A DNA stretch of 64,000 nucleotides. Origin: an uncultured Chloroflexia bacterium. Its GTDB lineage: Bacteria; Chloroflexota; Limnocylindria; QHBO01. The stretch is from NCBI GenBank assembly GCA_963839635.1, contig CAWIVT010000003.1:3187-67186 (forward strand), written 5' to 3'. The notes under the pieces are model-generated. The model searched no databases. It was not told where the DNA came from and was given only the letters and a program-made list of their open reading frames with translations. This document shows positions 1 to 10,926 of the stretch, piece by piece. The position numbers and the translations under genes are program-made. Numbering within the stretch: position 1 is the first letter of the stretch; each line of letters starts with the position of its first letter.

Positions 1-1643
1 TCGGGGTGACCGCCGAGTACCTGGCTCGCGCGGAGCAGCTCGAGATCAAGATCGCGCAGGGCTCCAAGCCCGGCGAGGGCGGACAGCTGCCGGGCAGGAA
101 GGCCACGGCCTTCATCGCGGGCCTGCGTCGCGGGCAGCCGGGCATGACGATGATCAGCCCGCCACCCCACCACGACATCTATTCGATCGAGGACCTCGCG
201 CAGCTCATCAGCGACCTGCGTGCGGTCAATCCAGACGCCCGCATCGGCGTGAAGCTGGTCGCCGGAGCGGGGATCGGCACCATTGCCGCCGGCGTGGCGA
301 AGGCACATGCCGACTACATCATGGTCAGCGGGCATTCCGGCGGGACAGGCGCCTCGCCGCTGAGCTCGATCAAGCACGCCGGGCTGCCGTGGGAGCTCGG
401 CCTGGCCGAGACGCACCAGGTGCTCGTGCGCAACCGGCTGCGCGATCGGGTCGCGCTCCGCACCGACGGTGGGCTGCAGACCGGCCGCGACGTGGTCGTG
501 GCCGCCATGCTCGGCGCGGAGGAGTTCGGGTTCGGGACTGCGGCGCTCGTCGCGATCGGCTGCGACATGGCCCGCCAGTGCCATCTCGACACGTGCCCGA
601 CCGGGATCGCGACGCAGCGCGAGGACCTGCGCGCCAAGTTCACCGGCACCCCGGAGCAGGTGGTTGCTTTCTTCACGGCGCTGGCGGAGGACGTCCGCCG
701 TGAGCTGGCGGCGCTCGGGCTGCGCTCCGTTGGAGAGGCCGTCGGCCGCGCGGACCTGCTGGCGGGGACGGACGCCGTCATCGACCTGTCGCGCGATCCT
801 GGCGGCTCCGGCCTGGGCGCCCGCAGTCCGACGCGCCACCGAAGGATCGGCCTCTCCGGGCGGACCGGCCGGTCGAGTCGTGCTTCGAGTCGGCCGCGCT
901 CGACGACCTCGTTCGGCGCGCGACCGCCGGTGAGCCGGTCGTGGTCCGGGCACGCGATCGGCACGGCGACCGGTCGCATCGGCGCACGCCTCGCCGGCGC
1001 ACTTCAGCGAAGGGCCGAGCCGCGACAGATTCCGCGCGTGCGCTACGAGCTCGCCGGATCGGCCGGGCAGAGCCTCGGGGCGTTCGCAGTCGCCGGCATG
1101 CGGATCGAGGTCACCGGAGAGGCGAACGACTACGTCGCCAAGGGGCTGTCGGGTGCCACGGTCGTCGTGCGGCCGGCCGGTCAGCGGCAGGACCAGTCGG
1201 TGGCCGGCAACGTCTGCCTGTTCGGGGCGACCGGCGGGGTGCTCCACCTCGTCGGCCGTGCCGGCATGCGCTTCGCGGTACGCAACTCCGGGGCGCGCGC
1301 CGTGGTCGAGGGCATCGGGGCACACGGCTGCGAGTACATGACCGGCGGCACGGTGGTGATCCTCGGGCCCATCGGTCCGAACTTCGGTGCCGGGATGACG
1401 GGTGGGCGTGCCTACCTGCTCGATGCCGAGCCGGTGCTGCTCAGCGCGGGCGTGACGGCGCGCCCGGTGGATGATGACGACCGGTCGCTGCTGGAGCTGC
1501 TCGGCGCGCAGTCGGCGGAGGGCAGCAGGCTGGCCGCCACGATCCTGCAGGACTGGCCGCAGTGGCGAGCTCGGTTCGCCGTGATCGAGCCGACGGTCAG
1601 CGAGACTCCGGCGTCGGTCGAGCCACTGGCGCTGGCTCGATGA
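1..1643 (+). CDS. gltB: Glutamate synthase large subunit, C-terminal part (5' truncated by window edge)
   Basis: EIKIAQGSKPGEGGQLPG, ISPPPHHDIYSIEDLAQLI, 3Fe-4S motif GCDMARQCHLDTCPTGIATQ and the C-terminal GXGXG domain (ANDYVAKGLSG, CEYMTGG). The stretch about 790-950 reads out of frame, probably from compensating indels. Confidence 0.95.
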   Translation, partial: GVTAEYLARAEQLEIKIAQGSKPGEGGQLPGRKATAFIAGLRRGQPGMTMISPPPHHDIYSIEDLAQLISDLRAVNPDARIGVKLVAGAGIGTIAAGVAKAHADYIMVSGHSGGTGASPLSSIKHAGLPWELGLAETHQVLVRNRLRDRVALRTDGGLQTGRDVVVAAMLGAEEFGFGTAALVAIGCDMARQCHLDTCPTGIATQREDLRAKFTGTPEQVVAFFTALAEDVRRELAALGLRSVGEAVGRADLLAGTDAVIDLSRDPGGSGLGARSPTRHRRIGLSGRTGRSSRASSRPRSTTSFGARPPVSRSWSGHAIGTATGRIGARLAGALQRRAEPRQIPRVRYELAGSAGQSLGAFAVAGMRIEVTGEANDYVAKGLSGATVVVRPAGQRQDQSVAGNVCLFGATGGVLHLVGRAGMRFAVRNSGARAVVEGIGAHGCEYMTGGTVVILGPIGPNFGAGMTGGRAYLLDAEPVLLSAGVTARPVDDDDRSLLELLGAQSAEGSRLAATILQDWPQWRARFAVIEPTVSETPASVEPLALAR

Positions 1644-2295
1644 GCCGGTAGCCGAGGGCGCGCACCGGGGTCGGGACGGCGGCATCGGCCGCGCGCAGCT
1701 TCGATCGCAGCCGCGCGAGGTGCGGCTTGATCCACAGCGGATCCGGGTCGGGCTCGCCGCCCCATCCGGCCTGCAGCAGCTCCTCGTGGGTGACGAGGTC
1801 GCCACGCGCGGCGACGAGCGTCTCGAGCAGCGCGAACTCGATCGGCGTCAGCGGGAGCAGTCGATCGCCGGCCCATGCCTCGTGGCGGCGCTGGTCGATC
1901 CGGACGGATCCCGACGTCTCCCCGGCGGCCGCCGGCCGGCGGCGCGTGACGGCGCGGATGCGGGCGAGCAGCTCGTCCTTGCCGAACGGCTTGGTGACGT
2001 AGTCGTCGGCGCCGGCGTCGAGCGCCTCGACCTTGGCGTGCTCCTCGCCTTCGCCGGAGAGGATGATGATCGGCGTTGGGCCGCGCCTGCGGATCTCGCG
2101 GCAGACGGCGACTCCGTCCAGTCCGGGCATGGCAAGGTCCAGGATGACGAGGTCGGGACCCTCGGCGTCGTACCGGCGCAGCGCTTCGTGGCCATCGTAC
2201 GCGGCGCTGACGCGGTGGCCGACGCTGCCGACCAGAGCCGCCACCGCACCGATCATGGCCGGCTCGTCGTCGATGACGAGGATCCGAAGGCTCAC
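1597..2295 (-). CDS. OmpR/KdpE-family response regulator
   Basis: RILVIDDE, ILDLAMPGLDG, ADDYVTKPF and a winged-helix end (RLRSKL..VRALGYR). GTG start at 2295 is in frame with the upstream kinase as assembled. Confidence 0.88.
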   Translation of the reverse strand: MSLRILVIDDEPAMIGAVAALVGSVGHRVSAAYDGHEALRRYDAEGPDLVILDLAMPGLDGVAVCREIRRRGPTPIIILSGEGEEHAKVEALDAGADDYVTKPFGKDELLARIRAVTRRRPAAAGETSGSVRIDQRRHEAWAGDRLLPLTPIEFALLETLVAARGDLVTHEELLQAGWGGEPDPDPLWIKPHLARLRSKLRAADAAVPTPVRALGYRLIEPAPVARPTPESR

Positions 2296-3546
2296 TCGGC
2301 CGGGCGCCTCGGGCAGGGCGGTCACGAACTGGCTGCCGCCGGCCGGCTTGTCCTCGATCCAGAGGCGGCCACCCATGGCGCCCACCAGCCGGCGCGCCGC
2401 GAAGAGCCCAACACCGGTTCCGGGCTTGTCGGATCCGCTGTCGAGCCGCACGAACGGCTCGAAGACGCTCTCGCGCATGGCCGGAGGGACGCCGGGACCG
2501 TCGTCACCGACAGCGACATGGACCTCGCCGTCCGCGCTCCAGTCGGCAACCACGATCTCGGCACCGGGCGGCGCGTACTTGGCGGCGTTCTCCAGCAGCA
2601 GCTCAAGGACCTGGGCAAGACGTGCCGGATCTCCGAGCGCGGGGTTGCTGTCGCGCGCGTAGCGCTCGAGCCGATGGCGCCGCAGCAGGGGCGCGAGCCG
2701 GGTCAGCACCTCGTCGATCACGCCGCCGACGTCGAAGCTGCGCTGCTCCACCGTGAGCAGCCGATCCGCGCGGACGGTGTCGAGGATGGTGTCCACGAGG
2801 TCGTTGAGCCGAAGGAGCTGGCCGGTCGCGGCCTCGTGCCAGCCGGCCACCTCGTCCCCTCCTTCGGGCTGGGCGGTCTCGGCCAGCAGGTCCAGGTAGG
2901 CGCGGACGACCGCCAGTGGGGTGCGCAGCTGGTGCGTGACGACCGCGATGAGCTCGGCGCGTGCCTGGTCGACGCTACGCAGGCCGTCGAGCTGGGCCTC
3001 GGTCTCCATGTGGAGGCGCCTCCGCTCCACCACGCCGGCAAGGAGCGACGCGATCATCGACAGCCGCCGGACCTGCGCGGCGTCGAAGTTGCGACGCTCC
3101 TCCGTCTTCACGCTCAGGACGCCGACGACGTGATCGCGGACCTCGAGCGGCACGGCCAGGATCGAGGTGAAGCGCTCGTGGTCGACCCCGCGGATCCACG
3201 CGCAGCGCGGATCGTTGGCGAGGTCGGTGCTGACGACCGGCCCGCGCGTGCTGGCAGCGAGCCCGGTGATGCCCTGGCCGATGTCGAGCCTCGCCACGCC
3301 GATGTGCTCGCGGTCGACGCCGTTGGTGGCTGCAAGCGTCAGCCCGGCCCCGTCACGATCGACGAGGTAGAGCGAGCACACCTCGGCGTCCATCGCCACC
3401 GTGCCGCGATCGACGATGAGCTGCATCAGCTCGTCCCACGTGGACGCACCCGCCGCCAGCTGCACGATCTCCTGAAGCGCGCCGGCATCGGCGGCGTCGG
3501 ACGATGCAGCGATCGCTGGCTCCAGCTCAGTGCCTCGGGGATTCAC
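2292..3546 (-). CDS. GAF-domain cytoplasmic sensor histidine kinase
   Basis: GAF domain (CSLYLVD..GQGITG..SILAVPL), H-box VTHQLRTPL, LLENAAKY, DDGPGV, GTGVGL; no TM segment. The stop is inferred from a GTGA overlap at 2292-2295. Confidence 0.85.
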
Positions 3547-3577
3547 GCTGGAAGCATGCACGATCCGGCAAGCCCGG

Positions 3578-4051
3578 TCAGATGGTGCTGACGGTGACCT
3601 CGTCAAGGACTTCCTCGACACCCACGACGTCGCCGACGATGCCGAGGATCTCGTCGAGGACGTCGACCGACTCGACCTCGCCCTGCACGTGCACGCGAGC
3701 GCCGGTCACGGCGATCCGGATGCGATCGCCGGCGACGACGTCGGACGAGCGAAGCGCCTCGATCACGTCCGCCTTGAGCTCGTCGTCCCGCGGGAGACCG
3801 CCGCCGTCGTCGGACTGGATGAGGTCGCCCTCGCGCTCGAGCTCGCCGGCGTCGGACTCATCGGTGCCGGCAAAGTCGACGCCCTCGGCTCCGCGAGGCT
3901 CGCTCATCACGCGGTCGGTCGGGGGGACGTACGGTATGCCCTCCTCGCGCGCGACGAGGTAGTCATCGGTCACTCCTCCAGCTGGGTCCTCGAGCAGGTC
4001 CCCGGTGTCCTCCGATGGCAGCGGCTGCCGCTCGGGTCGGTCGTCCATCAT
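3578..4051 (-). CDS. BON-domain protein with acidic N-terminus
   Basis: C-terminal DDELKADVIEAL..IRIAVTGARVHVQGEV..VVGVEEVLDEVTV fits a BON domain; GAGGTG SD upstream. Confidence 0.8.
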   Translation of the reverse strand: MMDDRPERQPLPSEDTGDLLEDPAGGVTDDYLVAREEGIPYVPPTDRVMSEPRGAEGVDFAGTDESDAGELEREGDLIQSDDGGGLPRDDELKADVIEALRSSDVVAGDRIRIAVTGARVHVQGEVESVDVLDEILGIVGDVVGVEEVLDEVTVSTI

Positions 4052-4105
4052 GCTTCACCTCCTCTGGCCGCTCGTGCGCAAGCGGCGTGCCGCTAGGATG
4101 CGCCG

Positions 4106-5478
4106 ATGACCTCCGACGCGCTCGTCACCGCGCTGCGCGCGATCGTGGGCGAGCGGCACTGCCTGACAGACCCCGCACTGCGCGCATCGTACGAGACCGA
4201 TTGGACGCGTCGATTCCGTGGGGAGGCGCTCGCCGTCGTGCGGCCTTCGTCGGCGACCGAGGTTGCCGCGATCCTGCGCGCCTGCGCCGATGCCGGAGTC
4301 GGCGTCGTCCCTCAGGGCGGCAACACCGGCCTCGTCGGCGGCTCGGTGCCGCGTGGGTCGGAGGTCGTGCTCAGCCTCCTGCGCCTGAACGAGGTCGACG
4401 CGGTCGACGCCAGCGCCGGCGAAGTGACGGCCGGCGCGGGTGCGACGCTTGCCACGGTTCGGGCCGCCGCACGTGCCGCCGGGTGGGGGTTCGGCGTCGA
4501 CCTGGGTGCCCGCGACTCCGCCACCATCGGCGGCATGGTCGCCACGAACGCCGGCGGCGTGAACGTGGTGCGACACGGACCGATGCGATCCCAGCTCCTC
4601 GGATTCGAGGCGGTCCTGGCAGACGGCAGCCTCATCAGCCGCCTTCCGGGCATGACGAAGGACAACACCGGCTACGACATCGGGTCGCTCCTGGCCGGAA
4701 GCGAGGGAACCCTTGCCGTCATCACCCGTGTCCGGCTTCGCCTGGTCCCACCGCTCCGGCACCGCGCCGTGTGCGTCATCGGCTTTGCGGATGCAACGGC
4801 GGCGGTCGAGGCAGCTGGAGAGCTGCGCCGGCGCCTGGCATCGATCCTCGCGCTCGAGCTGTTCACCGACACCGGGCTCGACCTCGTCATGCGCCACGCA
4901 TCCGTGGCAGCGCCGCTCGCGTCTCGCATGCCGTCGTACCTGCTGGTAGAGGTCGCGTCCGACGAATCCGACCCGGCGGATGGGCTGTTCGCGGCGCTGG
5001 AGGCACTGGCGGTCGACGACACGTCGGTGGCGGTTGCGACCGATGCCGATGCCCGCCACCGGCTCTGGCAGCTCCGCGAGCGCCACACCGAGGCTGTCAA
5101 CGCCGAGGGCGTGCCGCACAAGCTCGACGTCTCGGTGCCGGCAGGCAAGGTACGCGGAGCTGGTGGATCTGGCGCCCGACGCCGTCGCGGCCGTAGCACC
5201 CGATGCTCGGACGATCGTGTATGGGCACGTCGGCGACGGAAACCTGCATGTCAACGTGCTCGGGCCCGCGGCCGATGATGAGGCCGTCGACGAGGCGGTG
5301 CTCGAGCTCGTCCTTGAGCTAGGCGGGAGCGTCAGCGCCGAGCACGGCATCGGCGTGGCGAAGACGGGGTGGCTCGTTCGCGACCGTGGCGAGGGGACCG
5401 TTCGCGCTATGCGAGCCCTCAAGGCAGCCTGGGACCCACAGGGGATCCTGAACCCGGGTGTCCTGTTTCGAGGATTAG
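4106..5478 (+). CDS. FAD-binding oxidoreductase, D-2-hydroxyacid dehydrogenase/GlcD family (frameshifted)
   Basis: PQGGNTGLVGGSVP, ATIGGMVATNAGG, KDNTGYD, GSEGTL; after a shift near 5150, YGHVGDGNLH, SAEHGIG, DPQGILNPG. Confidence 0.88.
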
Positions 5479-5487
5479 CATCGGCGC

Positions 5488-6310
5488 ATGACCAACGAGA
5501 CCGGCTTCCTGGAGTCGAACGGCGCCAGGATCTACTACGAGGTCGAGGGCAGCGGCCCAGCCGGTGGTCCTCATCCACGCGGGCGTGGCGAACCTGCGCA
5601 TGTGGGACGACCAGGTGAGCGCGCTCCGCGACGCGTACCGGGTCATCCGCTACGACACCCGTGGATTCGGACGCACGGAGACCGATGCGGTCGAGTTTTC
5701 GAATCGCGCCGACATCGCGGCGTTGCTCGACCACCTCGGTGAGGCATCGGCCCACGTCGTGGGATTCTCACGGGCGGGCTCGATCGCGCTGGATTTCGCC
5801 ATCGAGTTCCCCGAGCGCGTGCGATCGCTCGTCGTCGGCGCCGGCGGCATCGGGGGCTACGAGTCTCCGGACGAGTCCCCGGAGGCGGACTTCGAGGCCG
5901 CCGAGCGGATGCTGGAAGCGAAGGACTGGGCCGGCCTGTCCGAGTGGGAGGCCGCCTACTGGGCCGATGGTCCGGGCCAGTCAGCGGACCGTGTTCCCGA
6001 CGTGCATTCGCGGGTCCACGCCTGGGTGCTCGGGAACTACCGCGCCGAGAAGGAGGAGGGTCAGCCTCAGCGGCTCGACCCGCCTGCCGTTGGCCGGCTG
6101 CACGAGCTGAAGGCGCCGCTGCTTGTCGCGATCGGAACGCTCGACGAGCCCGGCACCCAGGAGTCGATGCGTCACCTGGCGGCGGCAGTACCCGGCGCGC
6201 GGCTCGAGGTCTTCGAGGGAGTGGCGCACATGATCAATCTGGAACAGCCTGAGCGCTTCAACAGCCTGCTTCGCACCTTCCTGGATGAGGCGGAATCTCG
6301 CGGGTCGTGA
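5488..6310 (+). CDS. Alpha/beta-fold hydrolase (frameshift near 5560)
   Basis: IYYEVEGSG/PVVLIHAG, YDTRGFGRT, nucleophile elbow GFSRAG, AHMINLEQP. Confidence 0.88.
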
Positions 6311-7324
6311 GCGAGATCGACGCAGTCCTCGAGGCTGCAGCGGATCTGCAGTCCCGCGGCGAGCGCTTTGCGCTGGCGACCGTGGTGTCGGTTCGAGGCT
6401 CGTCCTATCGTCGCCCCGGCGCGCGGCTGCTCGTGCCTGAGCGCGGCGCGCCCGTCGGCCTCATCTCCGGAGGATGTCTCGAGGAGGAGGCGGCGCGGCT
6501 TGCCCGCGAGGCACTCACGCTCGACGCCCCGATCCTGATCACCGTCGACCACTCGGCCGAGGGCGACGAGCTGTGGGGCCTGGGCCTCGGCTGCCGCGGC
6601 GTGATCGATCTCCTTGCGGAGCCCTCCGCAATGGCGATCGAGACCCTGTCCGCCCTGTCCGCCGCCAGGGACGGCCGGGCGACCTATCTGCTCACCGGTC
6701 TTGATGGCGATCGCCGGAGCCTCACCGCGGTCGAGGCCGGCGCGCTCGGCGAGCGCGCCGTGCCACGCGGTCGCCCACGGCCGCCCGACGGTGATCGGTG
6801 ATGCGGTGCTCGACGCGATCCTGCCGCCACTGCATCTCGTGGTCTGCGGCGCAGGTCCGGATGCCGGCCCGCTGGTCGATGCCGGCGTACGCATGGGTTG
6901 GCGCGTCAGCGTCGTCGACCCGCGGCGCTCACTGCTGCGCCCTGACCGGTTCCCCGGAGCCAGCCTGCACGACACCGATCCCGCGTCAGCCGCCGAGGCG
7001 GTCGGGGCCGGCGAGTGGACCGCTGCCGTGGTCATGAGCCACGACTACCTGCGCGATTCGGCGTTCCTCGGCGGCTTCCTCGGGCGCGGCGTTCCGTACC
7101 TCGGCGTCCTGGGGCCGCGCGACAGGACTGAACGGCTGCTCGTGGAGCTGGGGATCACGCCGTCGGAGGCCGACATGGCCGCGCTCCATGCTCCGGCCGG
7201 ACTCGACATCGGCGCCGACGGGTCCGAGGAAGTTGCGACCGCCATCGTGGGCGAGATCCTCGCCGTGCTCCGCGGGCGCAGCGGGTCGCCGCTCCGCGAG
7301 CGCGGCGGCCCGATTCACGGGTAG
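6307..7324 (+). CDS. xdhC: XdhC/CoxF-family molybdoenzyme maturation factor (frameshift near 6760)
   Basis: ALATVVSVRGSSYRRPGA, ISGGCLE, GLGCRG; second frame VVMSHDY, YLGVLGPR, LHAPAGLDIGA. Confidence 0.9.
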
Positions 7325-7338
7325 CCGCTGACCGTCGA

Positions 7339-8356
7339 TCAGCCTCCGATGAAGCTCATCTCGACCTTGGGAACCTCGACGGTCTCGAGCGTTCGCAGCT
7401 CCGAGTAGCGGTCCGAGCGGCCGCTCCAGATGGCGCGCAGCGCATCGGACAGATCGTCGTCACCGGCACCCGAGCGGATGACCGCGCGGAGATCGTGGCC
7501 CGACGTCGCGAACAGGCACGTGTACAGCTGGCCGTCGGCCGAGAGTCGGGCGCGCGTGCAGTCGCCGCAGAACGGCTGCGTCACGCTGCTGATGACGCCG
7601 ATCTCGCCCGCTCCGTCACGGTAGCGATAGCGCTGCGCCACCTCGCCGCGGTAGTCCGGGTCGACCGGCTCGAGTGGCCAGCGCTCGTCGATGGTGGCAA
7701 CGACCTGTGCCGCAGGGACCACGTCGTCCAGGCGCCAGCCGTTTGTGTGGCCCACGTCCATGTACTCGATGAACCGCACGGTCGTGCCCGTCCGCCGGAA
7801 GTGCTCGGCCAGGTCGAGGATGGCGTGCTCGTTCAGGCCGCGCCGGACGACCGCATTCACCTTGACGGGGCCGAGCCCCGCCGCGTCGGCGGCGGCGATC
7901 CCGTCGAGGACGCGCGTCACCGGGAAGCCGACGTCGTTCATGCGCTGGAATGTCTGGTCGTCCAGCGCGTCCAGGCTGACGGTGACCCGATCCAGGCCGG
8001 CGTCGGCCAGCGCCTGCGCTCTCGGCGCCAGCAGCGAGGCGTTGGTGGTGAGGGTCAGGTCGTCGACCCCCTCGACCGCGGCCAGCATGCGCACCAGGGT
8101 CTCGAGGTTGCGGCGCACGAGCGGCTCACCGCCGGTGAGGCGAACCTTTCTGACGCCGAGCGCCGACGGACGCGCGAACGACCCGCTCGATCTCCTCGAA
8201 GTCCAGGATCTCGGCCCGCGGCAGGAACGCGTGATCGCGGCCGAAGAGCTCCTTCGGCATGCAGTACACGCATCGGAAGTTGCAGCGGTCGGTGACGCTG
8301 ACCCGAAGGTCGTGCATCGGCCGGCCGAGGAGATCGACGGGTGCGGAGGGATTCAT
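7339..8356 (-). CDS. moaA: GTP 3',8-cyclase (frameshift near 8150)
   Basis: [18 protein letters not shown] radical-SAM motif, [27 protein letters not shown]-terminal MSFIGG. Confidence 0.95.
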
Positions 8357-8401
8357 CGGTGAACCGATCGTGGCAGGCATGGCAGATCGGCGCAACGCGC
8401 C

Positions 8402-10292
8402 TCAGCCGATCAGCTTCGACGCCCCGATCAGGGCGCCCAGCGACTGCGCCGACCGCACCGCCGCCGATGAGCGCGATGCGCGAGGCCAGTGCCTCGCAGC
8501 GCGGCAACCGCGCGCCACCGAGGCCGAGACCCAGGCCGACGGCACCGCCGAGCAGCAGGAGCGCGGCGACGCCGAGGCTCGGATCGAGCAGCGAGCGCAC
8601 CTGGCCCTCCTCGATCCCATCCTCGTCGAGCGTGAACGCGAATCGCTGGCGTGAGAGCTCGGTGCCGTCGACGCCCAGGATCCGAACGCTGGTGTCCCAC
8701 GCGCTGCCCGTCGGGAGCACGAGCGCGTCGGCGATCCAGTCGATCGTGCCGTCATCGGTCTCGTGGCTTGCCCCCATGCCGCCTCCGGAGTGATCCATGC
8801 CGGTCATGCCCTCGAGCTCGAGAGGCACGCGGGTGGTGCTGCCGTCATCGAGATTGTCGAGTCCCAGCTCCAGGGCGGAGGAACCGGCCATGGCGTCGAT
8901 CGTCGAGACCACGATGCGATTGACGCCGGGTCGGCCCGGGATGACTGCCATGCTCATGCCCGGCGCGACCTCGCCGAAGGCGTCGGGGATCGGCTCGATC
9001 TGGACGCCAGGTACCTCCTCCACCGGTGGCGTGATCGCCAGCGCCGCCGTCAGGACGAGGACAGTTGCGGCGAGCATGACCTCGACCGTGATCCGGCTGC
9101 GGAAGCCGTCCAGCCATCCCATCATCCGACCGCCGTCGAAGTAGTTCAGCGCCCCAAGCGCGAGCGCGCCGATCGCAAAGGCGGACTTCATCAGCAGCGT
9201 GCGGCCGTACTCGGTGCCGGCCGGTACGAGCGTGCCGGTCTGCGTCCAGGCCGCCTGGACGCCCGTCAGCACGACGAGCCCGATCGACGCCAAGGCCAGC
9301 GCCGAGAAGCGAGGGACGATCTCGCGCATCTCCGGACGCCCCCGACGAGGTCCGGTCAGCAGCTCCGGCCAGCGAACGAGCGCCAACAGTCCAACGATCC
9401 CACCGATCCAGACGGCGGCGCCGGCGACGTGTACGACCTGGCTCACGAGAGGCGCGACACCCGGGAGCGCGGCGGTGTGCCCGGATGCCACCAACAGGAC
9501 GATGCCGATCAGTCCCGTGGCCGCCGCGACCGCCCCGGCGAGGCGAGGCGCCACGAACAACAGGATCGCCGCCCCCGCCGCGGCCACCGCCGCGCGGGCG
9601 ACCTGCAGAGCTCCGTTCCGGGTCCCGAACAGGAAGTCGATCACCGATCCGGACTCGAGGCCGGAGATGATCGCGACGGTTAGCGTCGCCGCACCACTCA
9701 CCAGCAGTGCGCCGGCGAGCAGTCGGACCAGCGAGCGAGGCATCGGTCCGTCACGGATCACGACCCGGTGGAGCGTGGCCATGCCGAGGGCCAGGAGCAG
9801 GCCCAGGTAGGTGAGCCATCGACCGATCACGCCGGGAGGGTCGGTGTCGCTGTGGGTCATACCCTGGGGGCCACCGGCCAGCGACCCCGGAACGTCCCCG
9901 ACGCCGAAGTTGAAGAATCCTTCCGCCGTGTGACCGTCCGCCGCCGAGAGCGTTCGCCAGGTGAGCCCGTAGACGCCATCGGCGAGCTGCGGGTCGCGCA
10001 GCACGAGGGCGTACGGATCGGCAGGGTCGACCTCACCGACCCGGGTGAGCACCGGTGCCGCGTTGAGGTCGACGATGTCGATCGAGGTCACCTGTGACTC
10101 CAGCGGCTCGCTGAAGACGAGGCGGATCTCGTCGGGCGACTCGGCCACGATCGCACCCGCACCGGGCGAGCTCGCGACCAGCTGCGCATGTGCGAGCACG
10201 CGGCTGCCCGACGCCCCGGGCAATGCCGGAGCGACGAGCAGCGCGAGCATCGCCAGCGCGCCCGCGAGGCGCGCTGCGCGGGAGGCGGGCAT
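8402..10292 (-). CDS. CopC-CopD fused copper uptake protein with extra C-terminal domain
   Basis: Signal peptide then mature N-terminal HAQLVASS, FSEP and WRTLSAADGH (CopC); CopD TMs with SGHTAA and HVAGAAVWIGG; Met/His loop GMTGMDHSGGGMGASHE. A frameshift near 8455 hides the likely stop at 8402. Confidence 0.88.
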
Positions 10293-10296
10293 CAGG

Positions 10297-10884
10297 TCAG
10301 GGACGACGCCGCGCCAGGGTCAGACCCAGCGCCACGAGGCCGGCAATGAGCCCGCCGGCGCCGAGAACGAGCGCGATCGTCGCCGTTGTGGCGGCACCCG
10401 CGCCTGCCTCCGCGTCGCGAACCACGTCGCCGGTCGACGGGAACTGCACCGGGAATTGGCCGCCGGTGACGTCCTGCACCTCGCTGAACGTATCCGGTCC
10501 GGACGTGAACGACTCGTCGAACGGCTCGCCCTCGATCTCGCCGAAGATGCGGAACGTGTACGGGCCGGCCGCCGTCGGAAAGAAGACGGACTGGTACCAG
10601 CCGGGCTCTCCGAACCGGGGCGAGATCTCGAGATCTCGCGTGTCGTCGCCGAAGGTGACGGTGGCCTCGAGCGTCTCCTCGAGCCCTTCGACCGGCTCTT
10701 CGCCATGCGAGACCTGGAACTCGAGCCCGCTCTTCTGTCCGGTGAAGACCGGCTCATCGGCGAAGCCGACCACCACGCTGTGGTCACCGACATCTCGTGA
10801 TTCATGGCCGATTGCGGCTCCGGTGCCGACGATCAACGTCAACCCGGCAGCCAGGGCGGCAGCCCGCCCAATGCGCTGGAACAT
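10297..10884 (-). CDS. Secreted, C-terminally anchored protein with predicted mature N-terminal His (putative Cu-binding)
   Basis: Signal peptide ending AAIG followed by HESRDVG; beta-rich body; C-terminal TM plus RRRP; GAGGAG SD; 4 bp upstream of copCD. Confidence 0.75.
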   Translation of the reverse strand: MFQRIGRAAALAAGLTLIVGTGAAIGHESRDVGDHSVVVGFADEPVFTGQKSGLEFQVSHGEEPVEGLEETLEATVTFGDDTRDLEISPRFGEPGWYQSVFFPTAAGPYTFRIFGEIEGEPFDESFTSGPDTFSEVQDVTGGQFPVQFPSTGDVVRDAEAGAGAATTATIALVLGAGGLIAGLVALGLTLARRRP

Positions 10885-10926
10885 CTGATTCTCCTCTGGT
10901 CGGGCAGTGCGCCCGATATATCCGTT

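Noticed and set aside
1597-3621. 674-aa in-frame fusion of GAF kinase, receiver and DNA-binding domain
   Set aside because: The junction GCG CCC GGC CGA GTG AGC contains a typical GTGA stop/start overlap; removing one C gives LPEAPAE-stop and a separate regulator. Probably an indel artefact, though not provable without reads.
8055-8401. Apparent C-terminal extension of CopCD over moaA
   Set aside because: Read-through caused by a frameshift near 8455; the extension is off-frame moaA.
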